A DNA stretch of 64,000 nucleotides from a bacterium (GTDB lineage Bacteria > Elusimicrobiota > Elusimicrobia > UBA1565 > UBA9628), in the NCBI GenBank assembly GCA_021799485.1, contig JAJZAK010000008.1, positions 5,569 through 69,568 of the forward strand, given 5' to 3'. The notes under the pieces were generated by a model. That model saw nothing but the letters and a program-made list of their open reading frames with translations, had not been told where the DNA came from and searched no databases. Below, in pieces: positions 19,300 to 26,611 of the stretch. The position numbers and the translations under genes were made by a program. Numbering within the stretch: position 1 is the first letter of the stretch; every line of letters starts with the position of its first letter.

Positions 19300-19596
19300 A
19301 TGCTGACCCGCGACGATCTTATCGATCTGATCGTCTCCCAGCTCACGCCGCTCAAGGCCGGGAATTCCGCGCCCGCCCCGTCCACGCCCGGCGATAGGAG
19401 GACGGCGGACATGGGCAAGCAAAAAGCGGGAAAAACCTCCGACGGCCCCGCCGGGAGGATCTTCGTTTCGGAATATGAGATCAAGAAGCTGCTCAAGCCG
19501 GGCGCCAAGGAGATTCGACTGCCGGCTGGAGCCATCGTGAGCCCCCTGGCCGCGGACTGGCTGACCCTCCAGGGCGTTCGCATCGTGCGCCCATGA
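19300..19596 (+). CDS. small BMC-locus protein with an N-terminal encapsulation-peptide-like helix, a linker and a conserved C-terminal mini-domain
   Basis: MLTRDDLIDLIVSQLTPLKAG amphipathic helix, low-complexity linker, then RIFVSEYEIKKLLKPGAKEIRLPAGAIVSPLAADWL. Confidence 0.45.
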   Translation: MLTRDDLIDLIVSQLTPLKAGNSAPAPSTPGDRRTADMGKQKAGKTSDGPAGRIFVSEYEIKKLLKPGAKEIRLPAGAIVSPLAADWLTLQGVRIVRP

Positions 19597-20105
19597 GCTC
19601 CTTGCCGCCGGAAAAAGCCCTGGGCATCTGGACCGACCTCGAAGCCGTTTTCAGCGTTATCTCCGATTCAGCCCTCAAACCGCCCGAGCGCGCCTGTCTC
19701 CCGACAGCGCCGGAGTCGTCGCCCCCCGCCGCGAAATCCGCCTCCCGAAGCCCGGGAACATCCCTGCTCGCCTTCATTCGAACCGCCAAGAGCGCGGCCG
19801 CGAAAGAGCGCTTGGCTTCTCTTCTCAAGACTCTCTCCTCCGGCGCGACCAAGAGCCCCCTCGCGATCGAGGAATGCCTTGATCGGACGGTGATGGAGGG
19901 AGAGGACCCCTTCGCCGTCGCGGCGGAAGCGAAGGCGGCCGGCGCGGATCTCGCCGTCGTCATTCCAGACGGCCTCAACGCCGATTGGCTCAAGGTTCTC
20001 GCGGCGGCCTTGCGCGCCACGGGCATCGCCCGGCACCAGATCGACGCCTTCTCCGCGGGACGCAAGGCCGCCGTCATCGAAATCATCTTTAAGCTTCAAT
20101 TCTAA
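19593..20105 (+). CDS. hypothetical protein
   Basis: 170-aa ORF overlapping the upstream gene by 4 bp. Confidence 0.35.
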   Translation: MSSLPPEKALGIWTDLEAVFSVISDSALKPPERACLPTAPESSPPAAKSASRSPGTSLLAFIRTAKSAAAKERLASLLKTLSSGATKSPLAIEECLDRTVMEGEDPFAVAAEAKAAGADLAVVIPDGLNADWLKVLAAALRATGIARHQIDAFSAGRKAAVIEIIFKLQF

Positions 20106-20107
20106 TT

Positions 20108-21592
20108 TTGCCAAGCCCAAAGTCGAGCGCTCCCGTGACTTCGCCGAGCTGGCTTCTCAAGCCCGCGCCGTCAAGCCGCGATCCTCTCCGCCATCTGCTT
20201 TTCATCAAGGGAAGCCTCAAGGACATCTCCGCTCTCGTGGCGAAGATGGGCGCCCTCTGCGGCAGGCCCGACTCCTCGTCCTGCCCGGAGGGCTTCGATT
20301 ACAAGCTCTACCTCCATCAGCTCGACGAACGCGCGCGCCGGATGATCCTCGCGGCCCTGGAGGACATCTCTCCGGCGCCTCGAAAAAGCCCTCGGCCCTC
20401 TCGCGCCGATCCGGACATCCCCGCCGGGCCTGGTCCCAGGCGCTTCGACTCGGGCCAGACCTTCGACGCCTTTTGCGTGGGCCCCTCCAACCGCTTGGCT
20501 TTCGCCGCGGCCCGAGAGGCGGCCGCCTCTCCGGGAATGCTGCACAACCCCCTCGTCATCCGGGGACCGTCCTCCTCCGGCAAGACCCATCTTCTCAACG
20601 CCATCATGGGGGAAGTCGAGCGCCGCTGGGGGCCCGGAAGCGCGATGTTCGTCGGCGCCCTCGATCTCGAGCTCGGTGCGGCAGGGGCCTTGCGCGCGGG
20701 AAAAGCAGAGGCCTTCGGCGCGGCCTTCCGTTCGCGGCGCGCTCTTCTCATCGACGACGCCCATCTCCTGGGGCCTGGAACGGGCGCGCGGCTTGCGGCG
20801 GGAATCGCCGCCGACTACTGCCGCCGCGGCCTCCAGGTCGCCGTCGCGGCGGATTCGGATCTCATGGGCCGGCAAGCCAATGAGTTGACGGCGCCCTCCG
20901 GAGATCTGGCGCGGGAAGTCGCGGCCTCCCCGCCTTCGGGAAAGCTCCTCTTCGCGGCCGCGGACCGTTTTTTCAGCCGCAACGGACTCCTTGTCGAGCC
21001 CGAGGCGCTTGAGGCCATGCTCTCGGAGCTCCCGGATGATGGAGGATTCCCCGTCCTTTATCCCTGGCTCAGAAGGATCGGGGCCTTGCGGCGAATCGGC
21101 TTCTCGAGCGCTTTCGATTTATCCCTGGAACCGCTCAAGGCGGCGGGCCTTCTCGACGCGGGAGCCGCGCGCGACAGCGGAAAGCCGCGACGCCTCGCCT
21201 TCTTCTATCCCGAAAGCCTAAAGGCCGGCGCCGGGGCGTCCTTGGACCGGTTTTTGGCGGAGGGCCGCCGACGGCCCCAGTTGCCCCGCTACGAGCCCGT
21301 CTTGGCGCGCCCGTATCCCGAGATGAACGCTCCGGGAAAAGACGGCCTCCTCGCCGCGACCGCCCGCGCGCGCTTCTCCTGCGACGCCGCCGTCGTCGCG
21401 GACGGCGACGCCGACGACTGGATCGCCGCGGCGAGAAGCCCCCGCGCGCGCCGCCTCCTCTCGGCTATCGCCGGCCAGGGCCTGGCCTGCGCGGCGCTCC
21501 CGGCGAACCAAGAGTCGGAGCCGGACGCCTATCTCGCGGCTCACGCGGATCTTCTCCACGCCTTTTTTCATCATTATGACGCAAACCCTTAA
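20108..21592 (+). CDS. DnaA/Hda-like AAA+ ATPase domain protein (DnaA paralog lacking domain IV)
   Basis: TFDAFCVGPSNRLAFAAAREAA...NPLVIRGPSSSGKTHLLNAI and LLIDDAHLL match the DnaA/Hda Walker A and B regions. Much longer than Hda. Confidence 0.55.
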   Translation: MPSPKSSAPVTSPSWLLKPAPSSRDPLRHLLFIKGSLKDISALVAKMGALCGRPDSSSCPEGFDYKLYLHQLDERARRMILAALEDISPAPRKSPRPSRADPDIPAGPGPRRFDSGQTFDAFCVGPSNRLAFAAAREAAASPGMLHNPLVIRGPSSSGKTHLLNAIMGEVERRWGPGSAMFVGALDLELGAAGALRAGKAEAFGAAFRSRRALLIDDAHLLGPGTGARLAAGIAADYCRRGLQVAVAADSDLMGRQANELTAPSGDLAREVAASPPSGKLLFAAADRFFSRNGLLVEPEALEAMLSELPDDGGFPVLYPWLRRIGALRRIGFSSAFDLSLEPLKAAGLLDAGAARDSGKPRRLAFFYPESLKAGAGASLDRFLAEGRRRPQLPRYEPVLARPYPEMNAPGKDGLLAATARARFSCDAAVVADGDADDWIAAARSPRARRLLSAIAGQGLACAALPANQESEPDAYLAAHADLLHAFFHHYDANP

Positions 21593-22994
21593 TCTCACGT
21601 TATGCGCCGCGGCGCTCTCGGCTCTGGCTCTCGCCGCTTGGGCGCTCGCCGTCAACCGGAGGCTGCGCCGCGAACTCGCGGACTCCCGATCCGAATCCCA
21701 GGAAGCCCTGGCCGCGGCGCGGGAAAAGTCCCTCCACCGCCGCCGGGAGGTCAAGACCCTGCGGGTGGTGGCCGCGGCGCTGACCGCCCAAGCCGAGCAG
21801 GCGAGACCGGCGTTCAGCGCGGTGGTCACGATCGTCGCCAAATACCTCAAGGCGGACCTCGCGGCCCTCATGGCGCTCGACGAGGAGACGATGGATCTCG
21901 TCACCCAACCGGGCGCCTTCGGCTTGGACAGCGAGGACCAGTTCTACCGCATCCCCATTTCCGCGGAGAATTCCTCATCGGTCCGGGTCTTCAAATCCGG
22001 GGAGCCGTTCATGACCGGCGACGCCCAGAGCGACCCCTCCGTCGCCGCCGGATACGCCAAGCTCTGGAACATCCGATCTCTCATGGTGGTTCCCTTGAAA
22101 ACCAAGTCCCACTCCCTCGGCGTCCTGCGGGTGGGAAGCATCCGCCCTCATTCCTTCACGCCGAACGACCTGCGCTTCGCCCGACTCATCGCCGACGAGG
22201 TCGCCATCCTCGTCGAAACGGCCATGCTCAACAGGAAGTTGTCCTGGGCGACGGAACAATTGGAGGCCCTCAACCGTATTAAAGATGAGTTCGTGTCGAC
22301 GGCAAGCCATGAGTTCCGCACTCCCTTGACGACGCTGGGTGGGTTTTTAACCATCCTCATGGAGGGCGAGGCGGGGCCGCTGACCGAGAAACAGACGGGT
22401 TTTTTGAACATGGCCTTGAAATCGGTGCGGCGCCTGGAGGCGATCGTTTTGGAGCTCTTGGATCTGACGAGGCTCGAGGGGGGAGTTCCCATGGAGATGC
22501 GCCCTCTCCGAATCGCGGAGATCGTCGAATCGAGCGTCGACTCTCACGCCCCGCAGGCCTTAAACGCCCAGAAGGTCGTCTCCATGGACCTTCCCGGCGA
22601 TCTCCCCCTCGTCATGGGGGACCCTAAATGGCTTTCCCTCGTCGTGGACAATATCCTGTCGAACGCCTTGAAATTCACGCGGCCGGGGGGGCAGGTGAGG
22701 ATTTCGGCGCGCGACAAGGGAGAATTCATCGTCGTCTCCATCCAGGATAACGGCATCGGCATCCCCCCCTCGGAGCATCACCGCATCTTCGAGAAATTTT
22801 TCCGCGCCTCCAACCATACCGAGGTCAAGGCCCCGGGGACGGGACTAGGGCTGGCGCTCTGCCGGGAGGTCATCTCCAAGCACGGCGGGCGGATCTGGTT
22901 CGACTCCCAGCCCGGCCTCGGGACCACCTTCCATTTCCTGCTCGTCCGACAGAGGGAGCCCGGAGGCGCCGACGGGGAAGGGACGCCGCCATGA
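21576..22994 (+). CDS. sensor histidine kinase with a GAF-like sensor domain
   Basis: N-terminal TM helix. H-box ASHEFRTPLTTL, then N/G1/G2 HATPase_c motifs (NALKFT, DNGIGIP, GTGLGL). Confidence 0.8.
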   Translation: MTQTLNLTLCAAALSALALAAWALAVNRRLRRELADSRSESQEALAAAREKSLHRRREVKTLRVVAAALTAQAEQARPAFSAVVTIVAKYLKADLAALMALDEETMDLVTQPGAFGLDSEDQFYRIPISAENSSSVRVFKSGEPFMTGDAQSDPSVAAGYAKLWNIRSLMVVPLKTKSHSLGVLRVGSIRPHSFTPNDLRFARLIADEVAILVETAMLNRKLSWATEQLEALNRIKDEFVSTASHEFRTPLTTLGGFLTILMEGEAGPLTEKQTGFLNMALKSVRRLEAIVLELLDLTRLEGGVPMEMRPLRIAEIVESSVDSHAPQALNAQKVVSMDLPGDLPLVMGDPKWLSLVVDNILSNALKFTRPGGQVRISARDKGEFIVVSIQDNGIGIPPSEHHRIFEKFFRASNHTEVKAPGTGLGLALCREVISKHGGRIWFDSQPGLGTTFHFLLVRQREPGGADGEGTPP

Positions 22995-24565
22995 TCGCCC
23001 GGACGCACTCCCTCGCTCTGCGGGGCTTGGAGGGCTACTGCGTCGCCGTCGAGGCGGACGTCGCCAACGGCCTCCCGGCCTACGCGGTGGTCGGGCTCCC
23101 CGACGCGGCCGTCCGGGAGTCCAAGGAAAGGCTCACGGGCGCCTTGCGCAACTCGGGCTTTTTCCTCGCGCCCAAACGGATCACCGTCAATTTGTCGCCC
23201 GCCCGGGCCCGCAAGGAAGGCTCCCATTTCGACCTGGCGATCGCCGTCGCCCTCCTCAAGGCCACGGGCCAAATCCCGAAAGGCATCTCCGGAGCCCGGC
23301 TCTGCCTGCTGGGAGAACTCGCCTTGGACGGGACGGTCGTGAGAATCGAATCGACGCTGCCGTTGGCCTTGGAGGCGAAGCGTCTCGGCTTCGCGGCGCT
23401 GGCGGTTCCCGCGGCGAACGCCGAGGAAGCCGCGGCGGCCGGCCTTCCCGTCTATCCCGTCAATTCCCTTCGCGAGGCGGCCGGCCTTCTCGGAGCCTCC
23501 GACGATGAAAAACCGCGGCCCTACGCCGCCGCCGGAGGCGCCACGAGCGACGAGCCGGGGGCCGGAGGCTCCGAGGACCTTTCCGACATCAAGGGACAGG
23601 CCTTCGCCAAGCGCGCCATGATCGTCGCCGCGGCCGGCGCGCACAACATCCTCCTCATCGGCCCTCCCGGCACGGGGAAATCCCTTCTCGCCAGGCGCCT
23701 TCCGGGCCTCCTCCCCCCGCTCGGAACCCAGGAGATGATCGAGATCACGCGCATCCACGCCCTCTCGGGGCGCGGCGGCCCGGCGCGCTCGGGTCTCATC
23801 CGGGAGAGACCTTTCCGCGCTCCCCATCATTCGGCCTCCGCCGTCGCGCTCGTGGGCGGGGGGCCCTGGGCCAAGCCCGGGGAAGTCGCGCTGGCGCACC
23901 ACGGCGTCCTTTTTCTCGACGAACTCGCCGAATTTTCCCGCCAGGCGCTCGAGGCGCTCCGGGAGCCCATCGAGGAGGGCCGCATCACGGTCGCCCGCGC
24001 GCGAGAGTCCGTCGAGTACCCGGCCCGCTTCATGCTCGTCGCGGCGACGAACCCCTGCCCTTGCGGCTTCCGGGGCCATCCCCGCCGCGAATGTCTCTGC
24101 ACCCCCTTGATGCTGGGGCGCTATGCCCAGCGGCTCTCGGGCCCGCTCCTCGACCGCATCGACATCCTGGCCGAGATGAACCCCCTCGCCTTCGACGAAT
24201 GGTCCGGAGAGGCGCGCGAGACCGCCGCGCCCTCCTCGGCGACCGCGCGGCAGGCCGTTCTCGGGGCCCGGAAGTCGCAGGAAGATCGCTTCCAAGGAAT
24301 GGATTTCGCCGTCAACGCCCGCATTCCTCCGAGGGAGCTGCCCCGTTTCTGCCGCTTGGACGGCGACGGGCTCAAGCTCCTCGAAGCCGCCTCTCGGAGA
24401 TGGTCCGTTTCCGCGAGAAGCCTGGATCGCACGCTCAGGCTGGCGAGAACGATCGCGGATCTTGGAGACAGCTCCGACATCCGGCGCGAACACGTGGCCG
24501 AGGCCCTCGATTTCAACCGCCTGGAGCGGCTCTGGGCCGAGCCCGCGGCCCCGGCGGCGCCATGA
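22991..24565 (+). CDS. YifB/ComM family Mg-chelatase-like AAA+ ATPase
   Basis: N-terminal Lon-like domain, Walker A LLIGPPGTGKS, and the ChlI-type ordering with HHSAS and VLFLDELAEF. Confidence 0.85.
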   Translation: MIARTHSLALRGLEGYCVAVEADVANGLPAYAVVGLPDAAVRESKERLTGALRNSGFFLAPKRITVNLSPARARKEGSHFDLAIAVALLKATGQIPKGISGARLCLLGELALDGTVVRIESTLPLALEAKRLGFAALAVPAANAEEAAAAGLPVYPVNSLREAAGLLGASDDEKPRPYAAAGGATSDEPGAGGSEDLSDIKGQAFAKRAMIVAAAGAHNILLIGPPGTGKSLLARRLPGLLPPLGTQEMIEITRIHALSGRGGPARSGLIRERPFRAPHHSASAVALVGGGPWAKPGEVALAHHGVLFLDELAEFSRQALEALREPIEEGRITVARARESVEYPARFMLVAATNPCPCGFRGHPRRECLCTPLMLGRYAQRLSGPLLDRIDILAEMNPLAFDEWSGEARETAAPSSATARQAVLGARKSQEDRFQGMDFAVNARIPPRELPRFCRLDGDGLKLLEAASRRWSVSARSLDRTLRLARTIADLGDSSDIRREHVAEALDFNRLERLWAEPAAPAAP

Positions 24566-25236
24566 CAAAGCCGGAGGCAAAAACCGTGAAGACCGTCAAC
24601 CGGGCATTGCATCTCGTCTGTCTCGTTCTCATCCCCGCCGCGTCGGCGGCGGGAGCGATCAAGCATCAGGTCAAACGCGGAGAGGATCTCTGGGATTTGT
24701 CCCAGCGCTATTACGGCGATCCATGGCTGTGGAAGCGCCTCTACGCCGCCAACCATGCCGTCATCCGCGACCCCCACTGGATTTATCCGGGGCAAACCCT
24801 CATGATCCCCTCCATCTCGACGGCGGCGCCCGCCAAGCCCCCGCTTCCCCCTCGAGAAGGGCTTTCCGAGACGGCTCCCCAGTCGCAGCCGGGATACTCT
24901 CCCTCGGAGGTGCGTCTGCGGGTCGGCCGGTCTTGGAAGCCGGACGGCAAGGTCGGCTCACCCATGACGGAGGAATCGCCGGCTCTAGTCGAGAAGGGCG
25001 CTGATTTCGTCGCGATCCTCAGGCGCGGGCTCGGACCCTCCGCGGGCCAACGATTCAGGCTCCTGCGCATGGACAGCGTGAAATCCGGCGACGCCCCGGG
25101 TTCGCGCCACGCCATGTGGTTCGCGACCGCCGTCGTCAAGAAAAAAATCGGCCCGGGGCGATACGAGATGACCCTCCTCAAGGCCGTAGACGCCGCGACG
25201 GAGGGGGACCTGCTGGAAAAGGATCCCTCTCCATGA
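24562..25236 (+). CDS. LysM domain-containing secreted protein
   Basis: Signal peptide, then the LysM motif HQVKRGEDLWDLSQRYYGDPWLWKRLYAANHAVIRDPHWIYPGQTLMIP. Confidence 0.6.
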   Translation: MTKPEAKTVKTVNRALHLVCLVLIPAASAAGAIKHQVKRGEDLWDLSQRYYGDPWLWKRLYAANHAVIRDPHWIYPGQTLMIPSISTAAPAKPPLPPREGLSETAPQSQPGYSPSEVRLRVGRSWKPDGKVGSPMTEESPALVEKGADFVAILRRGLGPSAGQRFRLLRMDSVKSGDAPGSRHAMWFATAVVKKKIGPGRYEMTLLKAVDAATEGDLLEKDPSP

Positions 25237-25712
25237 AGGAGAGCCGGACGGCGGACGCCGGTCGGAAAAGCTCCCGCGCCGCCCATCCCTTCGCCCTCGA
25301 GATCCTGGCGAGCATGCGCCGGCAGGGGATGTCCCTCAGGGAACTCTGCCGCCTCTCCGGCCTTGATCCGTCGTTTTTCTCGAAGGTCCTCTGCGGCAAG
25401 AGAAACCCTCCCTCCGACGAGGGCGCCTTGCGCCGCCTCGCCCGGGCTCTCTCCCTCGACGCGCGCTGGCTCATCGTCTGCGCCGGACGCATCCCCGCCG
25501 AATGGGAGAGCTTGAGCCGCGACAAGCTCGTCTTCGGCCGCGTCGCGAACGTCGTCGCAGGCAACCGGCCGGCCCGGCTGCCGCCCCCGCGGCTTCAGGC
25601 GGCCCTCATGCGGCTCCCGGCACGACCGGCGTCCTCGGGACTCAAGGCTTCCGGACTTCCGGCGCCGCAGCGATCTCGGGTTGGAAGCTCCCTCTCCGAG
25701 GAGCTTTTATGA
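25233..25712 (+). CDS. XRE-like helix-turn-helix DNA-binding protein
   Basis: MSLRELCRLSGLDPSFFSKVLCGKRNP has an HTH_XRE pattern. Confidence 0.4.
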   Translation: MKESRTADAGRKSSRAAHPFALEILASMRRQGMSLRELCRLSGLDPSFFSKVLCGKRNPPSDEGALRRLARALSLDARWLIVCAGRIPAEWESLSRDKLVFGRVANVVAGNRPARLPPPRLQAALMRLPARPASSGLKASGLPAPQRSRVGSSLSEELL

Positions 25713-26611
25713 GCGATGGGCTTTGCGTCCTGCGGCGCGGGGAGAAGGGCTTTCCTCCCCTCCTAGAAGAGATCCCCGACGCCCCCGACATCCTTTATGT
25801 CCGAGGACGGCTCGATCCGGCGATCCCCGCCGTCGCGATCGTCGGCTCGCGGCGCCCGAGCCCCTACGGTCTTCGCGCCGCCGCGGCGCTCGCTCGCGGC
25901 ATGGCTTCGAAGGGGATCGCCGTCGTCAGCGGCCTGGCGCGGGGCATCGACGGCATGGCCCATCGAGCGGCGCTCGACGCGGGAGGCGCCACGTGGGCGG
26001 TGTTGGGATGCGGCCTGGGCCAGGTTTACCCGCCGGAGCACCGGGATCTCGCCGAACGGATCGTCGCCGCGGGCGGTTGCCTGATGAGCGAACTGCCCCT
26101 GGACGCCGCGCCGCTGGCGGGCCACTTCCCGCGCCGCAACCGGATCATTTCCGGCCTGAGCATGGGCTGCGTGGTGGTCGAAGGCCGTCTCAAGTCGGGC
26201 TCTCTCATCACCGCGAAGCTCGCCGCCGAGCAGGGGCGCGAAGTCTTCGCCGTGCCGGGCCCCGTCTCGTCGCCCTTGAGCCAAGCCCCCCACTGGCTCC
26301 TCGAAAACGGCGCCGACCTTTTGACGAGCGCCGAGGACATTCTCTGGAAAATCCCGGGGCTTGCGGAAAGGCTCGCGGCGCGCGGTCGCCCGGACGTTCC
26401 ACCGGCGCCGGTGGAACGTCCGGGCGACCGCCTAGTTTCCCAAGGTTGGTCCAAAATTCTAGAATCCTTGGGCTCCGAGGCCCTGACGCTCGACGAGCTT
26501 CAAGAGGCCGTGGGCTCCGACGCGCAGCCCTTGGTTCAACATCTAGTCGACATGGAACTCTCCGATCTCATCATCTCCCTTCCCGGACGACGCTATGCCC
26601 GCAAAACCTAA
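25709..26611 (+). CDS. dprA: DNA processing protein DprA (Smf)
   Basis: VAIVGSRRPSPYG, GIAVVSGLARGIDGMAHRAAL and VFAVPGPV are Rossmann-like DprA motifs. C-terminal winged-helix-like tail. Confidence 0.85.
   Translation: MSDGLCVLRRGEKGFPPLLEEIPDAPDILYVRGRLDPAIPAVAIVGSRRPSPYGLRAAAALARGMASKGIAVVSGLARGIDGMAHRAALDAGGATWAVLGCGLGQVYPPEHRDLAERIVAAGGCLMSELPLDAAPLAGHFPRRNRIISGLSMGCVVVEGRLKSGSLITAKLAAEQGREVFAVPGPVSSPLSQAPHWLLENGADLLTSAEDILWKIPGLAERLAARGRPDVPPAPVERPGDRLVSQGWSKILESLGSEALTLDELQEAVGSDAQPLVQHLVDMELSDLIISLPGRRYARKT

Noticed and set aside
22778-24580. 600-aa minus-strand ORF antisense to the YifB/ComM gene
   Set aside because: A GC-driven open frame. The plus-strand gene has Walker and Lon-like motifs
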